DNA of 64,000 nt from Camelus ferus (GCF_009834535.1 NC_045707.1:61134001-61198000), one strand, 5' to 3'; shown: positions 37,552-50,859, counted from the stretch's first letter. The notes: generated by a model not told the origin, from the letters alone. Made by a program: numbers and translations.

Positions 37552-39409
37552 GTGTCCCCACCCGTGTTTCCTAGAATCCCCACTTTCTAGCCCCCGTTGT
37601 GGCCTTCTGTGCACATCTGAAACTGAGGAATTGTTCTCAGCATCTTTTTTCTCTCTTCACTTCAAGTAGTCACATAGCTCTGGGAGCCTCCGATCATATT
37701 ACACTTTTCCATCAAACTGGCGGAATGCTGCTGCTGCTTGCTGATGGTCACCGTTTCTGTCCCTCACACTACCCTTGCTGCCCGCCGTGGTTTTGCTTAC
37801 TGACCAGGTCCTCGGTACCTCAACTTGCCTACTCTCTGACACTGTCTCTTTAAGCCAACTTCTTTCTGACTCCTTCTAAAGTCAAAGCAAACATTCTCTT
37901 GAAACTTAAGGCATTTTTATCTTTGTTCTGACAGTCTGACCTATTTGTCCTGATTTCCCCCCAAGCAGATCCGTAAATCAGAACCCAGCCTCGCCCGGCC
38001 TGCTTATGGGGAGGATCCCACTTGTATGCTGTCTGAACACCTGATCATGTCACATTCTGTTATCTTTGGCTGTTTGTTATTTGTCTCTTCTATTGGGTTA
38101 TAATGCCATTTAAGGGCAACAGCATATCTTGGTTATTGTTGAAACTTCAGGGCATATCTTGGGGCCTGATATATACTGAGTACTCAACAAACACTTGAAT
38201 GAAAATGAGATATTAACGCATTCCCAGCACGGTCGTTAGGTAATATTTCCCATGGATACGTTTTTGGTATGTGGATTATATCAAAGACTTTTAATGATTT
38301 TTCTAAAAAAGGTCTTTGGTAAAACTAGCAGTATAACCCTTGGGCCCAGTTCATGGAAGTACATATACCAGCATCATAGCTCGCTGTTATGCTGTCTCCA
38401 GCACCTACTCGGTCAGTATTTCAGGGTCCTATCACCCCAGTAATATTCTGCAGTGCTTTCACAGCTGATGTTGGAAACTTTTTGAGATTGTCTCTGTAAA
38501 TAATAAAGTCCTCATAACACACTTCAATGTGTCTTATGTCTAGTTGGAAAATTCACTGACATTACACAACTTTCTTCTCTTTCTTTGGATTTCTTCCAAT
38601 ATCATCAGAACTAATGGGACACCCTGTCCCATTTCTCTCTTAAAAAAAAGTTGGAAGGAGCCGAGTTTAGTTTTAACTGCCAAAATTGGTGCCTTGGTGG
38701 ATAAACTTCACCAATATTATTGATCAGATGAAATTGTTTTTGTAGCCTCAAAAGAATTTAAATTCCATTAGGAACCTGTAGCTTGAGAGTTTTAGCTACT
38801 ACTTTGAAATCTCTTAGGCCCTAGGAATAGGCTTAGAGAGTCAAATACTGGTCTTTTTCTTTGTGGGCGCAGGATTTATTTTTTATTTGGGCAAAAAATT
38901 GTTTTTCAGTCTTAAATTCATGCTGTTGTGTGCTGATTACAGTAAGAGCTTCATTGTTAATTATTATTGGAGGTGATGGAGGTGAAGACGGCGATATAAT
39001 CTAATCTCAGGAGACCAGGTGGCCATAACAGGTTTTAAGCTTAGTTCCTCATTCTTACTCAACCCAGCATGACTTTCTCCAGGTATTTTCCATGTTATCA
39101 AGGTCTTGGATCATTAGAGAGAAATGCAAATGTAAAAAAGTCTCACCAGAAACTATGAAGTATCTTAATTCATAAAGTAACTATTTTGGTGATCCTGAAG
39201 CACCATAATTTATCTGATCAGACACCTCCACTGGAAACAATTCTGTCAGGTACAGTTATTATTTGCATGATTGGTAGCTGAAAGAATTTCTAGGGAATCT
39301 TAATACCTTGCTTTTGAGTTATTATCTACTGTAATATGTAAAATGTAATCACTTCAATGTCTGATCTTCTAAAAGGATGAAGACACAGGGAGTATCATTC
39401 ATTTCCTCT

Positions 39410-39600
39410 TTCATTTATTTATTTAGTCAATAAATATTTATTGAGTATCCCCCGTGTGCCAGATACTGCGTTAGATGTTGGAAATACAGCTGTAAAGAAA
39501 ACAAACTATCATGGCAGTTATATTTAAATCGAGAAGACAGACAGTAATTGAAAAAAGCAAGAGATAAGTACTCTTAAGATAAAAAAGACAATATTGTGGA
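39410..39600 (-). mobile_element. L2 LINE 3' end
   Basis: tcatttatttatttagtcaataaatatttattgagtatcccccgtgtgccagatactg. Confidence 0.8.
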
Positions 39601-42119
39601 GGAGAGGGACTAGTCATCCTTTTTTTTTTTTTTTTAGGTTTCCTATTTTATAAAACATCAAGGTGAGGGGGTGGGAGGACAGAATTGTAGAACTTTTGAT
39701 CTAATATTTATCTTAGAGATGATCCAGTCTAATTTCCTTCACTTTGTAGGTGATGCAGTTGAGTCAGAGAAGTTACCTGACTTACCTGGGGTTTCACAGC
39801 TAGTTACAGCCAATTGTAAGTAGCTAGTGCTCGTCCCTGTGATTTAGCAGTGAGTGATGCATCTCTAGGTTTTTAATTTATAAAACCCCAAATCTGGACT
39901 TTCATGGTCTCACCCATGATCAACACTGGGAGGTCCCAAGTTCCTCAGACTTCAGGGTTCACTGTGTATTTAATACCTAATAACAACTCACAAGCCCTCT
40001 TTCCACTCCTGAATTAGCAGGAAATCTAGCATTTAATAGGCTCTCCTCTCTGTCTGGCTTGGTGTCCTAGGCTTTTCTGTGGGTGGACTCTGGTAGTTTC
40101 ACAACTGCTTCTCCAGGCTGCTGGGAATCTCCTCAGTGTGGACACAGTGCGTTTTCTAAGCACTTCTAAGACCAGGCTATCTCGTTTACAAAACTTTGCC
40201 AGTGGTTTGGGGATAACAGAAGAGAATAACTCTGAAGAAAAGGAATGTTAGCTATCACTGGAGTCCATTGGTCAAGCCACCCAGAAGGGGTCCCTTATTG
40301 TTATTTTAATCTTTCAACCTTCCTCCAAGCCCAGTCCTGCTACCATATTGCAGGGACCAGTTTCACACACCATGGCCTTTGACCACATCTCTCCTGGCTG
40401 GGGTTCAGGCTTCGAGGTCTTTATTGGCTCTAGAGAGTTAAGAAAGTTCTTTCTTCTCCCAGAGAGGCACTTTAGTCCACATTGATGACACATTTGACCA
40501 AATCACACAGAGGAGTTTACCCCTTCATCATCTCACATTTTCCATTCCAGGTTTGAATCTTTTTACATAGTCAAAATGCTCTAGGTAAGATTTTTTTCCA
40601 AGACAAAAGAGTATCTCTCCTTGCCCCATGAATTATGCTTCCACTTCCAGCTAAACTTTAAAAATAGAAAACAAACAGAAAAAAAAAAAAAAACCTGTTG
40701 GCAGTTTTGAAATAACTATCTCACATAACTAACAGTCAGCTACCAAAATTTCAGTCTTCCTGGATTATTTCTGTACACCTCCTTATGTAACCTGTAGAAA
40801 TTCTCCACTTCTTCTTGGCTGGTTGCCTTCCATCACCATCTTCAAAACTTGTTTCAAACCCCAACCTTATTTTGGAAGCCTGGTTAACCTCATGTCCTTC
40901 TCATCCACACTTTATTCTTAGCACTTATATATTCATTTTGTGTGACGCCATTTTGCCATATTTCGTCATTTGTACATGTGTATTCTCCTCCCAATCAGAA
41001 CGGACACAAACACTTTGAAGACAGTTACTTTGTTTTCAGAACCCCTCACTCCCTGTTTGACAACACTGTCTATTTAGTACTCAACAGTTATAGTCTTGTC
41101 AGACTAAAATCTCTTGTTTACCCCACACACGCTGCCAGAGGCCTTAGAGTTACTGCATTGGTCTTTACTCTTTTGATAATGTCTTTCATTTCACCTTCCT
41201 CCTGAGTTTGTCCCAAGTTCAGTAGCCACTGCTTGTCATATGGATTTGGGCATGCCATCCAAGTGAAAGTCCCACTCAGGAGCATAGTTTTAATCTCATT
41301 TGACATGGGAAAATTTAATCTTTGGATTTCCTACTGTGATTTCTATTGGAAAAGCCAGTGGGAAAATAGTGGCTGAGATGCTGGAGACTGAACTGAAGCC
41401 AGGCTGTCACATCAGCACTGGTTTATCCAGGAGGACTGTATGAGCTTTTGTGCAGTGGCAGGATGAGGGGAATGCTGGTGACCTTAACTGGGCAGAGGAA
41501 ACTGGAATCAGAGCCTGAAAAGCTGGTGGAGGAGGGTATACAGGCAAAGGGAACACACCTACTGATGGGTCTTCTTGAGATCAGGAAGATGAGCTAAGGA
41601 AGAAAAGTTGAGAATCCTGGGCCACTATCTGCTTCCAGAACCAACTGTGTCCTGAAAACCTACAACATGTGAGGAGGAGGTGGAGACATGGGATCAAGAG
41701 TGAGGACTAAATTTTGCAGGTCCACACTGAGATGTAGAAGTAGCTGAACTCCGAGTCTGTGTTATTTTAATATTTTAGGTCATTAAAATAAAATGATAAC
41801 ACATCTAATAAATGTCATTACTCACCCCTGTGCCTAGTCCCACCCCATCTTCTTTCGATGTTTAATACCATGTGAAAATTCAGGGAACTTTGATTTTCCA
41901 GTGCTGGAATTCATAAATATGCTCAAAAATACTATTTGATTGGTTACCTGTTACATTTTTTCCTTATAAAAAGGAAGTATATCTCCGACTAGGAATAAAT
42001 GAAATTAATTCATGAGAGAAATCTAAGACCTACACATCTACAGTGGTTTTAATATCAAAGAAAACTACTTCTCTGGGTGTCAAGACATGTACTATACATA
42101 GCTGACGAAATCGGCATAC

Positions 42120-42375
42120 AGCGAACAGAGTCCAGAGTGGATGTATTTAGAGTAAATATCTTAGGTTCCGACCCCACCTCTACTCTTATTAGCTTGGTGA
42201 TCTGAGCAAGTTGCTTAGCCTCTTCAAGTCTTGTTTCCCGGTCTGTTAAATGAGGCTGGTGATAGTCGTATTTATCTTATACGGGTGTTGAGAGTTTAAA
42301 ATGAGTCAATATGTGTAAAACTCATAGAATGATGTCTAGCACACAGGGCCAAATGAGTGTTAGCTATTGTGATTA
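42120..42375 (+). mobile_element. MIR SINE
   Basis: gagcaagttgcttagcctct...tctgttaaatgaggctggtgatagt...aaatgagtcaatatgtgtaaa...tgttagctattg. Confidence 0.85.
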
Positions 42376-42611
42376 TACTCTTAAAGTCTACTTTTGCAGT
42401 GAGTTCCTGTTTAAGGTGCTTGGAGGTGAAGATTTCATTGTTAATCAATTTTACAAATACTGAAAATGGAATTTTGATTTTCTCTTCTGAATACGTGTGT
42501 ATGTGGTATGTGTATATGTCTTTGTGCGTAAGTACGTGGTTATTTTTAAGTGTGTGCTTGTAATTTCCGTAATACTCCACAATGGATTGAATTTTCTTTT
42601 TCAGTAATTCT

Positions 42612-42679
42612 TTTTATAAATTTAAGTACGGTCAATTTACGATGTTGTATTAATTTCTGGTGTACAGCATACTTATTCA
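42612..42679 (-). mobile_element. Ultra-short L1 3'-tail insertion with perfect 17-bp TSD
   Basis: aagtacggtcaatttacgatgttgtattaatttctggtgtacagcata. TSD tctttttcagtaattct at 42595-42611 and 42680-42696. Confidence 0.9.
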
Positions 42680-43599
42680 TCTTTTTCAGTAATTCTGAAA
42701 ATATTCTACTCATGGGGTTAAGTTCTTTCTCATCTTAACCACCAGAGATAGAATGTAATTCAAATGCAGGAGCAACTTCAGTGAAGGTGTGCGCCCACAG
42801 AGTTCCCTTTATATTAGGGCCAAAGGAACAGTTTAATTTCTCTTTGTTATGTTTCAAATGCATCTCAAGCTGTACTGGGAATATCACTGTAAAATAAAGG
42901 GGCTCTTGCAATTCAGAACCTCCTACACACAGCTAATTAAATAGAATGAGAGGCAAGGAGCAGACAAGAATCAAGCTCATAAATATTATACATTTTTATT
43001 AATAACATACAAATGATCTTAATTAAACCTGCATTTTCCATGAGTAACAATCTCACACACAGTTTGTTCCCTTGTGCAGGATCTGGAAAGAGGGTGGAAG
43101 TGTCCTGGAATTTTAATATGAGGCAACTCCCTCTTGGCTTAACAGACTCTCCCTATTCTCTGTTTTGCAGTCTTTCAGAAAACTGTAGCTTTTCCTAGTT
43201 TCTAGGATCCAAATAACTAAATGAAAAGCTTCCTTTTCCTCTGAGCTCAGGAGGAGTCTAGGATCCTAGAGATAAGTTTTGCCACTAAAAAAGATTTCAA
43301 ATCAAACCCACATAATCTGAAAAGGACTCAATTAGGTCTCTGGGTGTCATCTATTCTCATTGCCCCATCCATTGTACTTAAACTTGTGATTGTATATTTT
43401 CCTGTGATTATTTTTTAGAAGTCTGTCTCCGTCTGTAGACACAAGCTCCTGAGGTTAGGGACTTTATCTTACTCATATTCCATTTCCAGTGCTAAGCTGG
43501 CCTCTGATCTATGGTTAGTTCTTTGTGATTTGGGGTGTGGGTGTGTGTGTGTGTGTTAGGGGGAGGCTAAAGCCATGGATTTTATAACTGCTTCTTCTT

Positions 43600-43965
43600 T
43601 TTCAAATTGCAAAGCAATTTATACATAATATAATTTACACTTTAAAGTTTATACTTTCATGTGTTTTGACAAATATGTGGAGCCATGTAGTTTTTACTGC
43701 AATCAAGATAAAGAACAGTTACTTTACTCCCCAAAGTTCCCTCCAACCTTTTTGCAGTCAATTCATTACTTCACTTTTATCTCCAACTCCTGGCAACCAC
43801 CAATTCGTTTTCTGTTCCTATAGTGTTGCCTTTTCTAGAATTTCATATAAATGGCCTCATATACTGGGTAGTCTTTTGTGTCTGGCTTCTTTCATTAAGC
43901 ATAATGCTGTTGAAATCCATCCATGTTGTTTTGTGTATTAGTAATTTGTCCCTTTTTAAAATTGG
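43600..43965 (-). mobile_element. L1MB-type 3' end fragment
   Basis: caatcaagataaagaacagt...cctggcaaccaccaattcgttttctg...ttctagaatttcatataaatgg...tgtctggcttctttca. Confidence 0.85.
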
Positions 43966-45299
43966 GAAGAAATAGAGTAGATTCTTAATAATTATTTGTT
44001 GAATATATAAAAAGGAATACAATCCTAGAAGCACATCTGCAAATGGATTAATTGAGAAAATCTAAACATCTTTATTCATAAGTACTTGCTGATTGCCTGG
44101 ATAATACGTTAATTAGCCTCTAGTAGGAATCGTAGATTTTAATACCAGGTTTTGTTTTTAATCTTCAGATTTTTTTGATGGAGCAGTTTTCTAGGATAGT
44201 TGGAATATTTAAGCATCATGTCTTGTGGAAATGAGGGCATTTTTTATTTCTGTAACTTCTGTAACCTAGAAGTTAGCATCTGGGTATTGTCCTGTAAAAT
44301 TGTCAGTGGAGACCCTGCCATAGATTTGAGGAAGGCTGATATTTTTAGATTATCCCCATTGGGCTAGTGGGCATTGCACATTTTCAAGTACAAATTTCAT
44401 GTTTCAGCTAAAATGGTGTGAAAATTATCTTATATGGATGTTAAAAAAAGAGAATTTAAAATATATCGCTTACCCAAACTTAGCCTCAGAGAAATAAAAA
44501 TCAGTATCGGATACTTCCTAAGAATTTTATCGTGGATCCTCAGTGCTTATTAGGACCATGACAAGGAGACCTCTGATATTTTCAAGAGTGCTGACACTAA
44601 ATCACTGAGATGAGAGGAAGATCAGGTCTGTCTTTTCTATGATGACATAAAAAAATCAATGAGAGACAAAATGTACAAAAAAAGAAGACTAGATTAAGAA
44701 TGGAATGTGGAATCTATATATTAGCCAAGTGGTTTAACCTCTTGTGACCGTGGTAGTCTCTGGTAAAATTGGAATTAAATAATTAAAATCCTCTGGTAAA
44801 ATTAAATATCTGTGTGTGTTTTTTTTTAACTTTCAAATGTTACTACAAATGTAACTAGCAATTACATTCTCTTTGTACTGTGTATTCTTTTCCTAGAGTC
44901 AGTCCTGCATGATATTTGAACACGTTGCCCTCTCCCCTAACTCAGCAGTGGAGATCACTGGGGGAAAATTCTTCCTTCATTCACCCCTTTGCAGTAAATG
45001 TCTCTGTGTGCACACAGGAATCTTATTACTAAAAACACCTTAGGCTTTAACTCAAAAAGGATATATGAAAATATACAAGCTAGTTTATAGAATTCTCTAC
45101 ATTTGCTTTGGAAAATTACTAAATACACAGCCATTTTCCTAACATCTTTTTTATTTGCTTACTACGTACCAGGCACTGTGCTAAGGGTATAACATGAATT
45201 CTTTCATTTAACCTTTACAACAATTCTCCACAGCACGTAAAATATTTCAAAGATAAGGAAGCTTGGGCTTCCATTTTCTTGTTGGTTTTCTGTCTAGTT

Positions 45300-45600
45300 G
45301 CTCTAGTTGTAGCTGGTTTTCATGGAAACAATTATTGTGAGGCTGTTGGTTTTCGAAGCTACTCCAGCACTATGGAAGGTGGAATGGGAGTAGGGCAAGT
45401 TAAAACTCCACAAAACTTGCTTTTCTTATCAAGATTCACTCATTTCTTTGTTGAACAAATGCTCTCTCTTCAGATTGTTGGAAGCCTTTGGCTAATTTCC
45501 AGTGTTCTGAAAAAGTTGATTTTGATAAAAATTTCCCATGTTCTCATTAAAGCAGATTCCTGGGGTTCTTATTTCATCATTCCCGTTGATGTCCTAGGAG
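45300..45600 (-). mobile_element. Old L1 5'-end fragment (L1MC/L1M4-type 5' UTR)
   Basis: gctgttggttttcgaagctact...agggcaagttaaaa...aagcctttggctaatttccagtgttctgaaaaagttgatttt resembles the recalled L1MC 5' end. Confidence 0.65.
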
Positions 45601-45704
45601 TGATCGTTTTTAGCATGGGAGGTGATGGCTGATATGAGCCAATTCTCTAAGGAAAAAACTCATAAATACATGATAAATATAAATATATATTTTGAATGGG
45701 GCTA

Positions 45705-45750
45705 AACTGATCAAAATATAGTTGAGGACTATCTCTATCAGAATCACCTG
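45705..45750 (+). mobile_element. MER5-family MITE, left part (split by L1)
   Basis: tcaaaatatagttgaggactatctctatcagaatcacctg resembles the MER5 start …tcaaagtgtggtcc…gcatcagaatcacctg. Confidence 0.6.
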
Positions 45751-48700
45751 TCAGATGACAGTGAGGGGCTGGAAAAGGGAATTCCATACAAATGGAAATC
45801 CAAAGAAAGCTGGGGTAGCCATACTTATATCAAAGAAAATGGGCTTTAAAATAAAGACTATTACAAGAGACAAAGAAGGACAATACATAATTATCAAAGG
45901 ATCGATCCAAGAAGAAGAAGACATATAATTATAAATATATATGCACCCAACATAGGAGCACCTCAATATATAAGGCAAATGTTAGCAGAGAAAAAAGGAG
46001 AAATCAACAGTAACACAATAATAGTGAGGGATTTTAACACCCCATTTGCATCAATAGACAGATCATCCAGACAGAAAAATCAATAAGGAAGCACAGGCCT
46101 TAAGTGACACATTAGAGCTGTTGGACTTAACTGATATTTTTAGAGCATTCCATCTGAAAGCAGTAGAATACATATTCTTTTCAAGTGCACATGGAATAGT
46201 CATCAGGATAAATCATATGCTGGCCCACAAAGCAGGCCTTGGTAAATTTAAGAAAACTGAAATCATATCAAGCAACTTTTCCAACTACAATGCTATAAAG
46301 CTAGAATCAACTACAAGGAAAAAAAACTACAATAAACACAAACACATGGAGGCTAAACAATATGCTACTAAATAACCAATAGATCCACTGAACAAATCAA
46401 AGAAGAAATTTAAAAATACCTAGAGACAAATCAAAATGAAAACACAATGAACCAAAACCTATGGGACACAGCAAAAATAGTTCTAGGTGGGAAGTTTATA
46501 GTGATAGAAGCTTACCTCATGAAACAAAACAAATCTCAAATAAACAACCTAACCTTACACCTAAAACAACTAGAGAAAGAAGAAGAAAAAAAAAAAAAAC
46601 TAAGTTAGTAGGTGGAAAGAAATTATAAAGGTCAGAGCAGAAATAAATGAAATAGAGACTAAAAAACAATAGAAAAGATCAATAAAACTAAAAAATGATT
46701 CTTTGAAAAGATAAACAAAATTTCAAAGAATTTCAAAATTCTTTGAAAAAGATAAACCTTTAGCCAGATTCATCAACAAAAAAAGGGAGAAGGCCCAAAT
46801 CAATAAAATGAGAAAAGAAAAAGAAGTTACAACCAACACCACAGAAATACAAAGCATCATAAGAGACTACTATACCAATGAAATGGACCCTGGAAAAAAT
46901 GGAAAAATTCTTAGAAAGATACAGTCTCCCAAGACTGACCCAGGAAGAAATGGAAAATATGAATAGACCATTTACCAGCACTGAAATCAAGTCAGTAATT
47001 TAAAAACTCCCAACAAATAAAAGCCCAGGATCAGGTGGTTTCACAGGTGCATTCTACCAAATATTTAGAGAAGAATTAACACCTATCCTTCTGAAACTAT
47101 TCTAAAAAATTGCAGAGGAAGGAACACTTCCAAACTCATTCTGTGAGGCCACTGTCACCCTGATACCAAAACCAAAGATACCACAAGACATAAAATTATA
47201 GGCCAATATCACTGATGAGCATAGATGTAGAAATCCTCAGCAAAATATTAGCAAACTGACTCCAACAATACATTAAAATGATCACACACCATGATCGAGT
47301 GGGATTTATTCCAGGGATGCAAGGATTTTTCAATATCTGCAAATCAATCAATGTGATATACTACATTAACAAACTGAAGAATAAAAACTATATAATATCT
47401 CAATAGAAGCAGAAAAAGCTTTTGGTAATATTTGACATCCATTTATGATAAAGACTCCAGAAAGTGGGCATAGAGGAAACAGATCTCAACATAATAAAGG
47501 CCATATATGACAAAACCACAGTTAACATCAAATTCAATGGTGAAAAGCTGAGAGAATTTCCTCTAGGATCAGAAACAAGACAAGGATGCCCGCTCTTGCC
47601 ACTTTTATTCAACATAGTTTTGGAAGTCCTAGCCATGGCAATCAGAAAAGAACAAGAAATAAAAGGAATCCAAGTTAGAAAAGAAGTAAAACTGTCACTG
47701 TTTGCATGTGACATGATACTATTATATATAGAAAATCCTAAATATGCTACCAGAAAACTACTAGAGTCCATCAATGAATTTGGTAAAGTTGCTCGATATG
47801 AAATTAATATACAGAAATCTGTTGCATTTCTATAGTCTCACAATGAAATATCAGAAAGATAAATTAAGAAAACAATCCCATTTACCATTGCATCAAAAAG
47901 AATAAAATACCTAGGTATAAACCTACCTAAGTAGGCAAAAGACCTATCCTCCGAAAACTGTAAGACTCTGATGACAGAAATTGAGGATGACACAAACAGA
48001 TGGAAAGATACACTACATTCTTGGATTGGAACAATCAATGCAAGGCAGCCTACAGATTCAATGAAATCCCTATCAAATTACCAATGGCATTTTTCAAAGA
48101 ACTAGAAGAAAAATATTTAAAATCTGTTTGGAAACAGAAAAGAACCAGAATAGCCAAAACAATCTTGAGAAAGAAGAATGGAGCTGGAAGAATCATGCTT
48201 CCTGTCTTCAGACTGTACCACAAAGCTACAGTAATCAAAATAGTATGGTCCTGGCACAAAAACAGACATATAGATCAATGGAACAGGATAGAAAGCCCAG
48301 AAATAAATGACATAAATGGCAGCAGTATTTTTTTTTTTTTGCATCCATCTCCTAAAGTAATGGAAGTTAAAACAAAAATAAATCGGACCTAATTAAACTT
48401 AAAAGCTTTTGCACAGCAAAGGAAACCATAAACAAAACCAGAAGACAAACTAGGGACTGGGAGAAAGTATTTGCAAACAATGCTACTGACAAGGGAATGA
48501 TTTCCAAAATATACAAACAACTTACACAGCTTAATATCAAAGAAACAAGCAACCCAATCAAAAAATGAGCAGAAGACCTAAATAGACATTTGTCCAAAGA
48601 AGACATACAGATGGCAAACAGGCACATGAAAAGATGCTCAATATCGCTAATTATTAGAGAAAAGCTAATCAAAACTACAATGAGGTATCACCTCACACCA

Positions 48701-49311
48701 GTCAGAATGACCATCATTAAAAAGTCTACAAGTAATAAATGCTAGAGAGAACGTGGAGAAAAAGGAACCCTCCTACACTGTTGGCGGGAATGTAAATTGG
48801 TGCAGCCACTATGAAAAACAGTACAGAGGTTCCTTAAAAAACTAAAAATATAGTTACCATATGATCCAGCAGTCCCACTTCTGGGCTTATATCTGGAGAA
48901 AATGCTTCAAAAAGGCACATGCACCCATGTTCATAGCAGCACCGTTTACAATAGCCAAGACATGGAAGCAACCTAAATGTCCATCAACAGAGAATTGGAT
49001 AAAGAAGATGTGGTATACATATAGAATGGTATATTACTCAGCCACACAAAAGGATGAAATAATCCCATTTGCAACAATATGGATGGATCTAGAGATTATC
49101 ATATTAAGTGAAGTTAGTCAGACAAAGACAAATATCATATGATATCACTTATATGTGGAATCTAAAAAAAAAATGGCACAAATGAACTTATTTACAAAAC
49201 AGAAGGAGATTCACAGACATAAGAAACAAACTTATGGTTACCAAAGAGAAAAGTAGAGGGTGGGGGAAGGGATAAATTAGGAGTTTTTTATATATGTATA
49301 TGTATAAAATA
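45751..49311 (+). mobile_element. L1 retrotransposon: most of ORF2 (EN, RT, C-rich; pseudogenised) plus part of the 3' UTR, truncated at both ends
   Basis: ORF fragments …KKAGVAILIS…DKEGQYIIIKGSIQEE (EN), …[15 protein letters not shown]…[15 protein letters not shown] (RT), …[14 protein letters not shown], …FTIAKTWKQPKCP. Many stops and frameshifts. Confidence 0.97.
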
Positions 49312-49312
49312 T

Positions 49313-49440
49313 CCTGGAAATTCATTAAAGATGCAAATTACTGAACTACCTCAGCCCTATTAAACCCACTTCTGCAGCGAAAGAACCCTGAATCTTATAT
49401 TTTCATAAACTCTCAGGTGACTGATGTATATGTAAAAACT
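49313..49440 (+). mobile_element. MER5-family MITE, right part (split by L1)
   Basis: cctggaaattcattaaagatgcaaatt...gaatcttatattttcataaactctcaggtga continues the MER5 pattern from 45750. Confidence 0.65.
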
Positions 49441-50859
49441 AAAATTAAAAAATTATTTGCATATGGTATTCTACAGTTGACATAATTCTGTGCTTACGCA
49501 CTAGGTATTGGGTTGTAAAATTGATTTTGAGCATCTAGAGCAACAGGAATGCTGGTAGATAATCACTTTCCTCTGGGTTTACATGTATTGATGGTATTTC
49601 AGCATTGCCTCTATATGTGTTTATCGTGAAAATATCTTAAGAGTTAGGTTTAAGCACCTGCCATCTGCTAGGGGTTCCGGGGCTTTCACTATATCATTTA
49701 ATTCTCAAAGGTCTGACTCCTCATCCCTATTTTAAAGGTAAAGAACCTGTCCAGGGTCATATGGCTAGCAAATAGAAGCACTGGGATTTAAAAGAAGTAT
49801 CCCTGACCCTAAATCCCATGCTTTTTCTGTGCTACTTTCCTGGTTCTCTTAAGCTACAACTCTGTTAGACATTTCTCAGTTGGACATAATGATAATTTTG
49901 CCAATAGATTCACAACGTCTATTCATTCCAATTCTTTAAAAAAAAAAAACTTCAGGACACTCAATGTCTTTCTTGTCTCTTTTTAATGCAATCCAACCCC
50001 TCTTGTGTAAGAGTTATAGAATAATTGGCAAATAAAGTGACTTGTATGGTGCAGGCACGAAATGAGGTGTGCCTGAGCAAGGCAGTGAGATGATTTGGGA
50101 CCTCTGTGTGGGCTGAGTGCTGAATTTCACAGCGGCTCTAAAATGAAGGTGAAAGAAAGGAATTGAGGCCCTTAAGCAAACCAAATCAAATTAGTTCAAA
50201 GAGAAGGAAATGACTTTCCAGATTAATAGAGATGAGCTGTCACGCACATGCTGAACACCCTCATATTTTTCAATGACTCTATGTCATTTTCTTAAGGCTG
50301 TGGGCAGTGGGTGTACCTTTCAAAGGGTGATTTCAGAAAGATAGGTTTTCTCAGTGAGCTGGCCAGCATTTCCTGGTGTCATGGTGCTCTTTCTTAGAAT
50401 TCTGGGTTTGGTTCATCATGTGTCAGAAAGAGGGTACATGGCACAGAGGGGTGCCCTGTAGCCCCATATGGGACCTAGAAAATTGACTGATGTGACTCTT
50501 GGAGCTGTCAGCTTATTTTTGATCTCACTCTTCCTGTGTCTATGCAAAATTCCTCAGGTCAGTTACATAGCATGGAGGACTCGTGAGAAATCTAGCTGAG
50601 TTGAACTAATTTTGTGTTCTGGATTTTATCAGATTGATTCATGTACAGGCATCTATTTCTTAGTAGATGCTAATTTTTAGATAAGCAGACTCAGAACTCT
50701 TTGAAAACAGGGACTGTTTCTTGTTTGGCCTTGCCCGATCAAAATCTAACACAGTGTTCTTGCACATAGTAGGCACTCAGGATGCTGGAGGAATGAATGA
50801 AAAGTTAGAATCTACCAGTAAGATAGAGATTAGGAGCTTAAGTTTGTCCCATCGGTTAT

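Noticed and set aside
44758..44803. 13-bp direct repeat ctctggtaaaatt around 20 bp of AT-rich filler
   Set aside because: A tiny slippage or repair duplication with no identifiable insert.
45722..49142. ORFs with endonuclease and reverse-transcriptase motifs as a novel RT system
   Set aside because: They are ordinary L1 ORF2 remnants with many stops and frameshifts; the RT motif reads FACDM instead of FADDM.
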